Source of the DNA: Eledone cirrhosa
Lineage: Eukaryota
NCBI GenBank assembly: GCA_964016885.1
Contig: OZ024740.1
Coordinates: forward strand, 106,826,001 to 106,890,000
Direction: 5' to 3'
Length of the DNA stretch: 64,000 nt
The notes below the pieces were generated by a model. The model had not been told where the DNA came from. It saw only the letters and a program-made list of their open reading frames with translations, and did no database searches. The translations under genes and the position numbers were made by a program. Position 1 is the stretch's first letter. Each line of letters starts with the position of its first letter. Of the stretch, positions 41,430-57,235 are shown piece by piece.

Positions 41430-41432
<3 letters not shown>
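39773..41432. mobile_element. Inverted PLE pLTR-like repeat, ~550-bp near-identical arms
   Basis: 39773-40323 is mirrored at ~40772-41323; (TA)n on both sides. Confidence 0.85.
41169..41283 (+). ncRNA. Type I hammerhead ribozyme motif (mirror 39813-39927 minus)
   Basis: tatt-CTGATGA-aatgacag...ctgttata-GAAAC-acgt-GTC-aata. Confidence 0.75.
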
Positions 41433-41482
<50 letters not shown>

Positions 41483-41486
<4 letters not shown>

Positions 41487-44400
41487 AAGAATGAAGAGTA
41501 ACATGGTTGGCTGTACAATAAGGGGCTTTATTTCAAGTACTGACAATTGTTTCATTGATCAGATGAGTCTAGAGATCGCTAATCGCTTGAAGTTGCGTCA
41601 CTCGATCTCCAATACATTATTTACCTCTGATCAACACATCAGTGTACGTAGATATAAAAATAATTAACTCGAGGCAAGAAATATATAGAAGAATAGCGTA
41701 TAATCAAAACAATAACATCAATAATAAAATATATATGATAAATAGGTTGAGAAGTTACAGATGTAAAAAGTAAAAAGTAAAAGATAAGATAGGATACATT
41801 AAAAAGGTAAGACAATAAGAAAATGGAAAATATAACGAAATAAATAAGGATAAGTGAGAGCATGTAAGTACAGAGTATGTTTGTGGTGGTGGTGAGTAAG
41901 TATTCTTATAAGGATACATTGGTGGGTTTAGTGCTAACATGAAAAACTAAATTCGAAATATATATAAGATACGTGTAGAGAGTCTGATGTAGTGACAGAT
42001 AAAAGAAAAAAGAAAAAGCAACAAATTAGAGATAAATTGGGAGATACAAGTATGAGATTTAAGGGCTAGGGTGGATTGTGAAGGGAGGTTTGACAAATGT
42101 GTGTTGTAAATGTTTTGCTGATTGTTCTATCTTAATGGGGTTGATGCTGTTTCAGGGAAAGAAGGTGAAAGAGATGTTCAGAGATTTATGATCCAGTGAC
42201 CAGTTGGCCGTTTGACAGCTAATAGCAGTGTGATGGTGTGTATTCTATATGCTAAAATATAGGTGGTTCAATTCTGATTTTGGGATTGCTGGTTCAAATC
42301 AGGGTGGTTTGAAGTTTGTGAATCTGGTAGCTATTTTATGCCTACAGAAAATTGATCTTTCTATTTTGCAGTTAAGCAGCATCCCATCGTACCTTAAAAT
42401 ATGGAGTAGTTCTAAATTACAAAGACCGCAGTGGGACATTCCGTTGCTGTAAGCCCTTGCTACCGATAATTTTGACCCGCTAATCTTATATTCTAGGTTT
42501 TTGTTTTTAAGCTTCCAGATCTTATTGGCGAGCGTCGTAGAGTTCTCCAGTCTACGGTTCTTCATGGAGTGTCTGTGGACGTACCACCTTTTCTTGAACT
42601 CCCCAGCCGTGGAACCTATGTAGTGCCAAGTAGTGTTACCTGAATTTACAGTACACAGGTACACCATACTCGAATCCAGGCATCTATTTTGTAGTGGGCA
42701 CTTATCCGGTAGGTGGCAATTACAATTTGAGGTTTTTCTGTGTGCAGGTTCTCCGTTGCGGTTTTGTAAGTTGTTGTGGGTGGGTTGTGATTTATGCCTA
42801 TTAGTGTTTTGTAGTGATGCGCTCTGATGTGTTTGTGGTTCTGATGTTGTTATGTGTTTGCGTTTTATATCTGGTGCTCTGGTGTATGTTGGTAGGTTAA
42901 TTTCTTTAGAGATATTTTTGTGGTTGATAAAACGTATGTTGGCTGCAGTAGAGTAGGATAGCTTTATAGTTTTTCTATTAAAGATTCTATGGTATTTGTG
43001 TAGTGTAGGGAAGTGCTTGTCTATTAGTTTAAAGAATGTAGAATGTAGTTTAGTTTTTATAGAGGAGTTGAATATTGGATTGAACCATGGGTATTTTCTA
43101 TCTCTGGATCTTCTATAGTTTTGGGGGTCCTTATATTAGTGTTCGGTTCAGTTATTTTTTAGTGCTCGTTGTTTAATTCTATGCTTAGTTCTATGCTTGT
43201 TACTTCTATATGAGTGGGTAGTGTTGTTGTCGTTAGGTTTGTTGTTGCTGTCTCTATCTAGTATGTATTCCAGTTTCTCCTTATGTCCAGCCTTATGTAA
43301 AGCTATGTTATAATAGTTTGTGTGTTCGTTAAAAATTTCTAGATTTGAAGATAGGCGGGGTATTCTGAGGGATATACTATTTGCTATGGATTTAATTATG
43401 GGTCGGGGGTGGTTTAAGTTATAATTAATGTAGGCTAGATTCTCGTTATTCTTATGGAAGGGCTCTATTAATCCTGGATTTAGGTTGAGTTTTACATCTA
43501 AGAAATTTGCTTTTTTAGAGTTAAGTTCGAAGGTGATACCTAGGCCTAAATTGTTGAAGAATATTCTAATGTTTTTTCGTAATTTTTCCATGTTTTGAAT
43601 ATTTAAGTTTTTGGCTAAAAGGAGTGTGTCGTCTCTGTAAATTCCTCCCTGGGGGTTATTGAATTCCTTATGTAAGTTGTGCGCTATATATATTCCCACC
43701 AAGTCCGTTACCTGCGCTGAGTCGTTAGATCCCATTGTGATATCGAAGCTATTCTGTCTGTTTTTTTCGTTCCCAGTAGCTATTTTCGAATCTAATGATA
43801 GTCCTCCTAGCAGCTAGTATTATTTTAATTTCGTCCGAGGTAAGGTCCGAATTTTTCTGGGCAAAGGTTAGCGCTTTACCCAGGGTGACTGGGGATATGG
43901 ATGAGTAGTAGTCATTAATGTCGAACTGTACGAAGTTAGATGTTTCTCTACTGTTAGATGTTTCTCTACTGTTTATGTTGCTTCGTTAGTGTTACCCCAT
44001 AGCTTAATTACTAGTTTGTCCTTAATTTGTGTGATTACTCTATTTACTATATACTTGCTAATTCTACCTATATCCGACTTCGATGGGCATATTAATATAA
44101 TTGTGGGGTCTATTTCGAAATTATTTTTGTGATCCTTTAGGTTAAATGTGGGGTTACAAGGGGTTAGAGGCTCGGTTCTATCAGATATTTTCAGTTTTTT
44201 ACTATGCTAGTGAGTGCAGATTCTGTTGTTTTTTTTTTTTGGGGGGGGGGGGTTCACGGCGTATAAAATTATTGTATGTATTAAGGCTCATGGTGTATAC
44301 GTTTGATGTTTTGTCTGCTTTTACTATAATACCATTGGTGTTGCGTAGTTTTTTTTAGTAGTGCATTGGTGTCTTTTTGCAATTTGTTGTGATGTGTCTG

Positions 44401-44810
44401 TTTTATTAATTTAGATCCGCTTATCATGTTCATGAGGTCGAGTTCGAAGGCATCGAGCTGGGGTTATTTGGTGGATTTTTGCAGAATCTGAATCCGTATT
44501 TTTCCCTAGTAAATTCCTCCGTGTTATTAGCGTGTCGCCAGAGAAACTATTGTAATATGTCCAATAAATTCCATTCGTCGCAACATTGATTCTCTTTTTT
44601 TCTGTGATATATATCTGTGATCGAATCGATCATCACATCGATCGTGCCTCGAACTGGTCGCCAGAGAAACGATTGTAATATGTCCAATAAATTCCATTCG
44701 TCGCAACACTAATTCTTGTTTTTTCTGTCATATCATACTCTGCTCTATGAGAGCATCGAGTGCTCAAACGGCCTACCGCATACGGACGGTTTAAGCATCC
44801 AACACAAATT
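41483..44810 (-). mobile_element. Naiad-type Penelope-like element, near full length, frameshifted
   Basis: YGF..PP, KADKTSNVY, TLKDHK.NF, PSKSDIGRISK, QFDI.DYYSSI, FDITMGS.D.AQVTDLVG, GGIYRDD; CNC..CP...C-VY...YIGST GIY-YIG with CxxC and CRH; 3' pLTR with hammerhead. Confidence 0.9.
41537..41647 (-). ncRNA. Hammerhead motif in Naiad pLTR, CUGAUGU variant
   Basis: gtaca-CTGATGT-gttgatcaga...tctgatcaat-GAAAC-aatt-GTC-agtac. Confidence 0.65.
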
Positions 44811-44823
44811 ATATATATATATA

Positions 44824-45567
44824 AATGTTGAGTGAGTTGGAATTTGGCCGGAGTATCGCTATTAGCTTTCTCCGTTTATGTATTTATATATTTACTCTTG
44901 GTGCAACAGATATGAACTTTCCCGATATCAGGTATGACTCTCTTTGTTTATTTTTTATATGAATATTGACTGTTTGTTCTTGTATCTCATTCTGTTATTT
45001 TGCCCAAGAAAATATCTATATGTGTCATTAAGCGAAGCGCATATATGATTATTTTTTCATATCCAATTGAGTTCTAAGCACGTGGCTTGAATTCGTATCG
45101 GAATTCAACTGACCTGCGCATGTATTGTTTTGGGCGGTAGTCTCCTTCCTCCTATTTTCGAGACAGCGTGAGATTCTCATTAGAACTGTTGGACTAACAA
45201 TCTAGCAGCTGCATCAAGCACTGATGGTGATTATCGCTAAATATTGATGTTGATTTGGTTATCAATATTAATATTATTGGGCACCCATTGAAGAATTATA
45301 AGTGCCCACTTGTATAAATATCTGTTGATCTTATACAAGCTTCTACATAATTTGGTATAATTTCACCCAAATCTTATAATGAAACGAGTCATCTGGGAAG
45401 TGATATATTTTATATATCTCATATGAAATGATACAGCCAATTTTCCCCACAATACAATTAGTTAGCACCCCGAACGTTTAATTAGGAATATACTCAGATA
45501 TTTCCTAATGTTTGTTGAGTGAGTTGGAATTTGGCTGGAGTATCGCTATTAGCTTTCTCCGTTTATG

Positions 45568-45572
<5 letters not shown>
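44824..45572 (+). mobile_element. Non-coding ~690-bp unit with ~60-bp terminal redundancy and degenerate hammerhead (45284-45397)
   Basis: tgttgagtgagttggaatttggc.ggagtatcgc... at both ends; (TA)n flanks; homologous to 47960-48720. Confidence 0.7.
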
Positions 45573-45621
<49 letters not shown>

Positions 45622-45629
<8 letters not shown>

Positions 45630-47064
45630 GTACATACATATATGTATACAGACGTGCAGTAGTATGTATATATATACATACATGTATATATATATATACA
45701 TACATACACACATATATATATATGTACGTATGGATTCACCGAACATTTATTATAATGCTCGGTGTGTTTGTAAACAAACATCCCGTATTAAGCCGTAGTG
45801 TCCAGCAACCATCGTTGCTCGTTTGTTCAACACTGACAAAGGAACGTTGTACTAGTTTCAAGCTTATTAGCTATCGTCAGCAACGTATACCTTCCTGCCA
45901 GATTGTTGAACGTATATACTTACCTTATGCATATTAACGGCTGAGTAGCCCAATTTGCATATCGAGTGGGTTAATCGGCCGGGTGCACCGAAAACGATAA
46001 ACGGAAAAAATGAAACGAAATTTCATTTCCCACTCTTAGTACGGCTGCTACTTAAATATAAGTATGTACACGTACATACATATATGTATACAGACGTACA
46101 GTAGTATGTATATATATATACATACATGCACACATATATATATGTACGTATGGATTCACCGAACATTTATTATAATGCTCGGTGTGTTTGTAAACAAACA
46201 TCCCGTATTAAGCCGTAGTGTCTAGCACCGTTTTCGGTGCACCCGGCCGATTAACCCACTCGATATGCAAATTGGGCTACTCAGCCGTTAATATGCATAA
46301 GATAAGTATATGCGTTCAACAATCTGGCAGGGAGGTATACGTTGCTGACGATAGCTAATAAGCTTGAAACTAGTACAGCGTTCGTTTGTCAGTGTTGAAC
46401 AAACGAGCAACGATGGTTGCTGGACACTACGGCTTAATACGGGATGTTTGTTTACAAACACACCGAGCATTATAATAAATGTTCGGTGAATCCATACGTA
46501 CATATATATATGTGTGCATGTATGTATATATATATACATACTACTGTACGTCTGTATACATATATGTATGTACGTGTACATACTTATATTTAAGTAACAG
46601 CCGTACTAAGAGTGGGAAATGAAATATCGTTTCATTTTTTCCGTTTATCGTTTTCGGTGCACTCGGCCGATTAACCCACTCGATATGCAAATTGGGCTAC
46701 TCAGCCGTTAATATGCATAAGGTAAGTATATACGTTCAACAATCTGGCAGGGAGGTATACGTTGCTGACGATAGCTAACAAGCTTGAAACTAGTACAGCG
46801 TTCCTTTGTCAGTGTTGAACAAACGAGCAACGGTGGTTGCTAGACACTACGGCTTAATACGGGATGTTTGTTTACAAACACACCGAGCATTATAATAAAT
46901 GTTCGGTGAATCCATACGTGCATATATATATGTGTGCATGTATGTATATATATATATACATACTACTGTACGTCGGTATACATATGTGTATGTACGTGTT
47001 CATACTTATATTTAAGTAACAGCCGTACTAAGAGTGGGAAATGAAATATCGTTTCATTTTTTCC

Positions 47065-47068
<4 letters not shown>
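45622..47068. mobile_element. Retrozyme-like 420-bp tandem array with head-to-head inversion
   Basis: About 1.4 units in minus orientation (45622-46227) joined to 2 units in plus orientation (46229-47068); one minimal hammerhead per unit; (TA)n flanks. Confidence 0.85.
46339..46381 (+). ncRNA. Minimal type I hammerhead ribozyme (copies 46759-46801 plus, 45844-45886 minus)
   Basis: acgttg-CTGACGA-tagct aata agctt-GAAAC-ta-GTA-cagcgt; palindromic ACTAGT stem III. Confidence 0.85.
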
Positions 47069-47127
<59 letters not shown>

Positions 47128-47156
47128 TACACATATATATATGCATACATATATAT

Positions 47157-47221
<65 letters not shown>

Positions 47222-47224
47222 TAT

Positions 47225-47370
47225 ATAATTGTTTCTATTTTTGGCACAAAGCCAGCAATTATCCAGTACATTACTGGTATTTTATTTTATCGATCCCGTA
47301 AGGATGAAAGGCAAAGTTAACCTCGGCGGGATTTGAACTCAGATCATAAAGGGACGTAACTATGCTGCAA
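47225..47370 (-). mobile_element. Nin SINE
   Basis: Same core and B box as 28795-28988. Confidence 0.75.
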
Positions 47371-47552
47371 TATAATGTAATGTAATATATATCCTTTTGG
47401 ATGTAAACTTTGACAGCAAGAATTTATATAATAAATATTCTGAAGTTAATTTCCTGTGTGTGTTTTTGAATTACTAATAAGACTTTTTCCTTTGCACTAA
47501 CATAATTTTCAATGCAACGTGTCACATCAAACCGTTTGTCACACTTGTACAT

Positions 47553-47681
<129 letters not shown>

Positions 47682-47959
47682 TATGAATTCGAATTTTTGA
47701 AAGCCATGACAATGCGGATTTGGACACAAAATGATTAAATTGTAAGAAACAGGTTTTGTTTTTTTACCTTAATTTATTCATATATCCAGTTATTTCGAGA
47801 TTAATATATCTTCTTCCGAGTAAAAAACAACCCCTGTTTCTAACGATTTAATTATTTTCCGTCCAAACCAGCATTGTCGTGGCTTTAAAACTTAGAATTC
47901 TTTATACCATATACAATGTTTCAAGTAAATTACAAATTCCTTATATATATATATATATA

Positions 47960-48715
47960 TCTTTCCCGCGTGTATTAAATATTTTACTCTTAATTTGGCT
48001 AGAGATTTACATTCCCAATTGCCTTTAAAGCGTAACCTTCAGTATTTGCTGCGGTGATGTGATGTGTTTTATTATCTTGGTATCACTTCTGTTTTTAGCC
48101 TAAGAAAATATCTATATGAGTGTGTAATTATTAGACGCATACATTTATTTTTTTTAATTTCAATTGAGTTCTTAACACGTTGGATTAATAATGTTTTTGA
48201 AAAAACTAATTAACCCGAGTGTATATTATTTTTTCTTTTCTCGTGACGTGGTTGTCTCCCCTTCCCGCTTCGTGACGCTATGAAACTTCCTCAGTCAAAA
48301 GACTGCTAGAATTTCAAATTTGGCGGTCATTCGATGCGTGAAGGAGCAGCTTAGCGGACACGATTTTTAACTGCGGTAAGAATTTTTTTCTTATTTCAAA
48401 GTTTAATGGGCTTCCACTGAAGATTTATATGTGCCCACCTAAATATGTTCTTACATGAATATATGTTAGGCTTCTACATAAACTGGAAACATTCTCCCAA
48501 CTTGTAGAAAACTTATAATGAAACAATTGTTTGGAAAGAGAGATATATTTTAACTTTAATTATATCTCATAAAATAATACAACTGGTTTTCCACAAAATA
48601 CATATAGTTAGCACCCCAAACACTTAAATTGGGTTATACTAACATATCACCTAATGTTTGTTGAGCGAGATGGTTACCAGTCGGAGTTTAGCGTTAAGCT
48701 ATCTCTGTTATTGTA

Positions 48716-48720
<5 letters not shown>
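47960..48720 (+). mobile_element. Diverged second copy of the 44824 family
   Basis: Shared blocks caattgagttct, gtgcccac, cttataatgaaac, gttagcacccc, aatgtttgttgag; (TA)n flanks. Confidence 0.7.
48412..48536 (+). ncRNA. Type I hammerhead ribozyme motif
   Basis: ttcca-CTGAAGA-tttata...tataat-GAAAC-aatt-GTT-tggaa. Confidence 0.7.
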
Positions 48721-48761
<41 letters not shown>

Positions 48762-48895
48762 CTGAGGATCCGCTAAGGTGAAACAATTGTTCTCGGTATG
48801 GTGAACTAACTGTTGTGTAACCACTTCTACCTAACTCGTCCCACGGACTGAGTGCTCTACCACTACGGATATTACCTTCCAGTGTTCCACCATTA
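48762..48895 (+). mobile_element. Short pLTR fragment with partial hammerhead between (TA)n tracts
   Basis: CTGAGGA-tccgctaaggt-GAAAC-aatt-GTT; 5' strand of stem I missing. Confidence 0.45.
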
Positions 48896-48984
48896 TATAT
48901 ATATATATATATGTGTGTGAATGAAGTAATTCTGTCAGAAAAGTCCAGGAAAAAAGAGTGCTCTATGTAGGTAACAGAGCTTAA

Positions 48985-49194
48985 TAGTTATGTAATAAAC
49001 AACATAAGGCAGTTATTCCATTTACCACTGGTTTCTTAAAAGCAAAAGATTTTGCTTTCAATCCTCAGAATGAAAAATCCTGGTCAGTTTATTGAATTTG
49101 GATGTTAAAAAACAAAAATGCAATCTATATGAAAGTGAGGCTGGGGAAAGAAGGAGGAAAGGAAAAAAATAAAATAAAACCACACATGCAAACA
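48985..49194 (-). mobile_element. pLTR fragment with hammerhead (49019-49072), mirror of 55878-56088
   Basis: Reverse-complement near identity. Confidence 0.8.
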
Positions 49195-49199
49195 TATAT

Positions 49200-51901
<2,702 letters not shown>

Positions 51902-51902
51902 G

Positions 51903-51962
51903 TTTTTCATTTTGGAAAAAAAACCTCACTTTCTATTTTTCATTTTGTAAAAAAAACCTCAC

Positions 51963-52053
<91 letters not shown>

Positions 52054-52273
52054 GGTATGTATATGTATATGTAGATAGACCAGGTTTTTTTCATTCTGAG
52101 GATTGAAGGCAAAATTTTTTTGCTTTTAAGAAACCACTGGTGAATGGAATAATTGCCTTATGTTGCTTAGTACTTTATTACTTTACTACTATATATTTGT
52201 ATATGTAAGTTCATATGAATTATCTGAGACTGAGTTTTACACACACACACATGTATGTGTGTATGTATGTATG

Positions 52274-52357
<84 letters not shown>

Positions 52358-52584
52358 CATACATACACACATACATGTGTGTGTGTGTAAAACTCAGTCT
52401 CAGATAATTCATATAAACTTACATATACAAATATATAGTAGTAAAGTAATAAAGTAATAAGCAACATAAGGCAATTATTCCATTCACCAGTGGTTTCTTA
52501 AAAGCAAAAAAATGTTGCCTTCAATCCTCAGAATGAAAAAAACCTGGTCTATCTACATATACATATACATACACACACATACAT

Positions 52585-52662
<78 letters not shown>

Positions 52663-52718
52663 GTGAGGTTTTTTTTACAAAATGAAAAATAGAAAGTGAG
52701 GTTTTTTTTTACAAAATG

Positions 52719-52722
<4 letters not shown>
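51903..52722. repeat. ~820-bp palindrome centred on (TA)n, with hammerheads at 52092-52146 (+) and 52481-52535 (-)
   Basis: Mirror ORFs 52160/52237 and 52167/52215; aaacctcactttcta doublets at both ends. Confidence 0.85.
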
Positions 52723-52774
<52 letters not shown>

Positions 52775-53321
52775 TACACATAAATATACATACACATAGG
52801 TATGTGAAGGGCAAGACAAAAAGAATATATAGGGGGGGGGCAAGACATAGGGAAAGGTGAAATATAAGGGGAGATAAGGGAGAAAAAAATATATACAAGA
52901 GTACAGAACGTAGATTCAGCAAAATAAAAAAACCGTAGCAGAAGTAAAGATAAAATAGGAAGACATGATATGAAGGTTAAAAAACATTTGTGAATAGTGC
53001 AGTTTAAAATCAACATATGAAAAGTAGTTTTAGATTGATGTGTGATATTGGAAAAAAAGATTTTTTGAGGGGGGGGCTGGAAAGGATGGAAAAGAGGAGG
53101 AGATGAGAGTAAAAAGTGGAGGGGAAGGAGTATAATGAGGAAGGATGAGATAGGAGGAGAGAAGGGTGATAGATAGAGAGAGAGAGATAGCTTTTATAAC
53201 TGAGAAAAAATATATTGTTTTACATAGAGAGGTTGAAAAACCGTTGGAAGATAATATATAAATTAAAAGAATTTGAAAATTAACGAAGAGAAAAATAATC
53301 TTAAGTTAAGGTTTGTATATT

Positions 53322-53490
53322 GAAGGGTTTAATAATATGTGCGATTAAAAGAAATTGTTAATATGTATTAAGAATAATATTTAGGGGTTTAATAATATGT
53401 GCGATGGAAAGAAAATATTAATGTGTATTAAGAATAATATTTAAGGGTTTAATAATATGTGCGATGGAAAGAAAATGTTGATATCTATTA
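53322..53490. repeat. 60-bp tandem repeat x~3 in the PLE 3' UTR
   Basis: gggtttaataatatgtgcgat..aaagaaa repeated at 60-nt spacing. Confidence 0.9.
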
Positions 53491-53931
53491 TTAAAAAAAG
53501 CAATAGTAATGTAAGTAAGGATATATTGTGAAAGAAGTAGAAGATAGGATGAATAAGTTAGATGAAAGGGAGAAAAAATAATGAATTGAGGATGAATAAT
53601 CTAACGTCAAAAAAAGTTTATGTTTACGAAGGATTTTTTTCAAGGTGATATAAAGTAAGAATATATTGTACTGTGTAATAATTGTTTCTATGTTAGGCAC
53701 AATGACAAAAGGTACAGATTATGGTTTAGAAATTAAAAGAAAAAGGAAAAGAAAAGGAAAAAGAAAGAAAGGGAAGTGATAAATAGGAGTGATATAGAAT
53801 GAGTAACTAGTATTATATAATGTATAATAAATAACTTTGAAATAAGGTAGAAAGATGGGTATATTTTTAAAGAGGTATATATAAATATGTGCCTTTGAGA
53901 AAAGGATTTTAAATTGATAAAGTATTAGATA

Positions 53932-55347
53932 TTAGCTGTATACTTTATGGAATGTTCTGTGGAATGTATGCAAGCAGAGAGAAAACAAGTCAGTGCGTCT
54001 ATTTATTATAGAATCTAAATTACATATAATGGTAAACTTTTCATTTAAACAGAGATTGCAAGTCTTGGATAGAGAACTGTTCAAGTATAGAGAAGCAGAA
54101 GAAACCTTTTTCCAAGAGATGTTATATTTAATATTTTTGTCTTTCAAGGACCATATGAGTTCTGAGAGTGCCGTGTTGGTTCTTTTAAGTTGGTATTTAA
54201 AAGACGAATGATGATTATAAAGACGAGCTTTAAAGGAGGTGGAAGTGGAGCCAAAATAGGTGAAGGAATTGGTGTCAGTTATAACTTTACATTCGTAGAT
54301 TAAGTTTTTTTCAAGACAATGGTTGTTGAGAGGACATTTATTTTTAACAGGGCAATTGCAATTGCGATTAGAGAGATTAGCAGAGTTATTAACGAGTGAC
54401 CTAGTGTTATCTATAGAAGGAATTGGATTGGAGAAGTTATTTACGATAGGAATAATAGTTTCTTGATTTAGCGAAGTTGTGTTTGACGTTGTATTTGGGT
54501 TTGCAGAAATTAGCCTAGAGTTTACAATGACGTTGGGAGTACTATTACTATTATTATGATATTCAGTGTTGGAAGGAAGAGATTTAGTATTTAGTATTTT
54601 ATTGTTGTGTTTAGAGATAATGTTGGAAATGTTGGAGGAAGTCGAATAGGAAAATTTTATAGTGTGTTTGTTAAATATTTTACTATAGATATGTGAGGGA
54701 GGGAAGCATTTATTTAAGGCACTAAAGAATAATTTAGGAATATTGTTATTAATAGAGATGGAGAGAGGAGCATTATACCAGATTATGTTTTTGTATCTAG
54801 GTCTTTTATTAAAGTTATTGGAATGATCATGATTAATTATTCTACTGTAAGATCTTCTAGAATTTGTTTCTTTACTATATTTGATTTTATCAGGATAGCC
54901 GGCTTTAGAAAGCGCGTTATTATAGTAATTGGCGTTAGCATCAAAGATGTTTTTATTACAAGATAGGTTAGATATTCTTTTTCCAATATTACTAACTATA
55001 GCATTCTTAATATTAGTGGGGTGGTTAGATTTAAAATTAACATAATTTAGGTTCTCATTGTTTTTATGGTAAGGGTAATATAGGCCAGTGTCAAGATTAA
55101 GAGATACATCCAAGAAATTAGCTAGTTTGATGCTGTTATCAAATTCAATTTTTAAGTTATGTTGGTTAAAGAGATTACGTATATTGTTCTTAATAATATT
55201 AAGGTTAACTATGTTGCAATTTAAGATAGTAAAGAGTCCATCGTCACGATAAATTCCACCGCGAAGTTGAGGAAGTTTCCGACTCAAAGAATTCAAAATA
55301 AAGATACCAATTAAATCTGTCAATTGGGATGAATCGGATGCTCCCAT
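53932..55347 (-). CDS. Penelope-like (Naiad) RT C-terminal half plus GIY-YIG endonuclease, open for 471 aa but 5'-truncated
   Basis: (FDIT)MGASDSSQLTDLIG, GGIYRDD, NFLDV.LNL, SNHP, IIWYN.P, CNC..CPL..CL..NLIY...YFGST...FK.R..NH, CNLCLNEK, CLH. Confidence 0.88.
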   Translation of the reverse strand: MGASDSSQLTDLIGIFILNSLSRKLPQLRGGIYRDDGLFTILNCNIVNLNIIKNNIRNLFNQHNLKIEFDNSIKLANFLDVSLNLDTGLYYPYHKNNENLNYVNFKSNHPTNIKNAIVSNIGKRISNLSCNKNIFDANANYYNNALSKAGYPDKIKYSKETNSRRSYSRIINHDHSNNFNKRPRYKNIIWYNAPLSISINNNIPKLFFSALNKCFPPSHIYSKIFNKHTIKFSYSTSSNISNIISKHNNKILNTKSLPSNTEYHNNSNSTPNVIVNSRLISANPNTTSNTTSLNQETIIPIVNNFSNPIPSIDNTRSLVNNSANLSNRNCNCPVKNKCPLNNHCLEKNLIYECKVITDTNSFTYFGSTSTSFKARLYNHHSSFKYQLKRTNTALSELIWSLKDKNIKYNISWKKVSSASLYLNSSLSKTCNLCLNEKFTIICNLDSIINRRTDLFSLCLHTFHRTFHKVYS

Positions 55348-55529
55348 TGTGATGTCGAAGTTGTTACTCTCATCTCCTCCTCTTTTTCATCCTTTCCAAC
55401 CTCCCCCCCCCCCTCAAAAAATCTTTTTTCCCAATATCACGCATCAATCTAAAACTACTTTTCATATATTGATTTTAAACTGCACTATTCACAAGTGTTT
55501 TTTAACCTTCATATCATGTCTTCCTATTT

Positions 55530-55590
55530 TATCTGATGAAAACACAAATGTTATTGCATGATGATATTTGTTTTTGAAATGCGCATAATA
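55530..55590 (+). ncRNA. Candidate type I hammerhead ribozyme of a further family
   Basis: tat-CTGATGA-aaac.caaatgttatt...gatgatatttgttttt-GAAAT-gcgc-ATA-ata. Confidence 0.6.
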
Positions 55591-55711
55591 TGGAACTCTT
55601 TTAACCATCTTTTGATCTTATATATTATGTATACTCCAGTCCTACAAACTGTAGAGTGCTTCTTATCCGATATCTGCATTGCTTTATTGTACTACAATAA
55701 AACTCACCTCC

Positions 55712-55845
<134 letters not shown>

Positions 55846-56000
55846 CTTTTGTGTGTGTGTGTGCGTGTTTGTGTGCGTGTTTGCATGTGTGGTTTTATTT
55901 TATTTTTTTCCTTTCCTCCTTCTTTCTCCAGCCTCACTTTCATATAAATTGCATTTTTGTTTTTTAAAATCCAAATTCAATAAACAGACCAGGATTTTTT

Positions 56001-56054
56001 CATTCTGAGGATTGAAAGCAAAATCTTTTGCTTTTAAGAAACCACTGGTAAATG
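56001..56054 (+). ncRNA. Type I hammerhead ribozyme motif
   Basis: catt-CTGAGGA-ttgaaagcaaaa tc ttttgcttttaa-GAAAC-cactg-GTA-aatg. Confidence 0.8.
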
Positions 56055-56082
56055 GAATAATTGCCTTATGTTGTTTATTACA

Positions 56083-56181
<99 letters not shown>

Positions 56182-56182
56182 A

Positions 56183-56348
56183 TAAGAAGTTTAAAATGCA
56201 ATTGGAGTCGTTAAGAAGGTTTATTTACAATAATTTTTAATTTTACCAGTTTCACAAGTTTCATGATTTTCAAAAGTTAAGAGATGTGTGGCTATGCCAA
56301 CTTGTAACTCGCACCCGAGTTACATATCGGCATAGCCCCACATCTCTT
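56183..56348 (-). mobile_element. Short pLTR-like fragment: candidate U3-A8 hammerhead (56237-56280) and terminal hairpin (56280-56347)
   Basis: ttaactt-TTGAAAA-tcatgaaacttgt-GAAAC-tg-GTA-aaattaa; agagatgtg.ggctatgcc...ggcatagcc.cacatctct. Confidence 0.5.
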
Positions 56349-57089
56349 TCTGTGGTGGTGGTAATGATGATGATGTTGAAATACCGCAAGGCTTTTTGAC
56401 CGACGCTCTAGCGATCCTTCCATTCCACCGCCTTAACTTAGAAGCAATATTAAAATATGAAATATAAAAGCTGAATTATTCTTTTAATAGATCCGGAATT
56501 TATTTGTTATTCTCTTCCCGGTAATAATAAAGATTGAATTTAAAGTGAAGTGAGAATTTTCAATTTTAAATTCTAAAATGTGTTTTCCATTCGTTCCTCT
56601 TCAGCATCCTACAAATAGCTTTATGGAAAGACCATAGCTTCTTTATTGGAAATTTTACACTACAAATCTAAGAAAAAAAAAAATACAAAACACAATGGAT
56701 CCATGACCTACATATGGATTTTAACATAAGTGGTCAGTGAGTTTGGTTTTTTTTTTTATTCATAACCAAAACAAGCTGTAAAAAACTGTAAGTTCTATTC
56801 CGCACGAAACCGCATCATCTAATGTAAGAGGAAAAACTCTAAACCCTTCAGCTATCATTTTTTTTTGTTTGAGTCTTCGTAACCTCAAGATAAATTGACG
56901 TGATGTTTCTTCTTAAAATATCGCCATAAATGTAAGTATGGATCAGTAACTCTTTATGTAATAGTAGGGGTGCCGCAGTGACATACTTAAAGCATCTTGA
57001 GCATCTTAAACCTGTCGGAGCTTATCTCCCTCCCCAGAGAATAGACACAGAGGTGGGAGAAGAGAGAAAGCTATAAAGAGATATAGAGG

Positions 57090-57235
57090 AAGAATCGACG
57101 CCAGTACTCGACTGGTACATTTTTTTACTACTTCGAAAGAATGAAATACAAATTTGACCTCAGAACGGGAGAAAGCCGGAACGAACACCGCAAATCATTC
57201 TACCCGACATTCTAACGACAGTGCCAATTCGCCGT
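57090..57235 (-). mobile_element. Degenerate Nin SINE (another at ~62785-62925)
   Basis: atcgac.ccagtactcgactggtac...tttga.ctcagaacg...tgccaattcgccg. Confidence 0.55.

Larger units (their letters stand above)
52360..55362 (-). mobile_element. Second Naiad-type Penelope-like element, 5'-truncated
   Basis: ORF plus long AT-rich 3' UTR ending in a hammerhead pLTR; 55365-55532 is an inverted copy of ~52948-53112. Confidence 0.88.
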
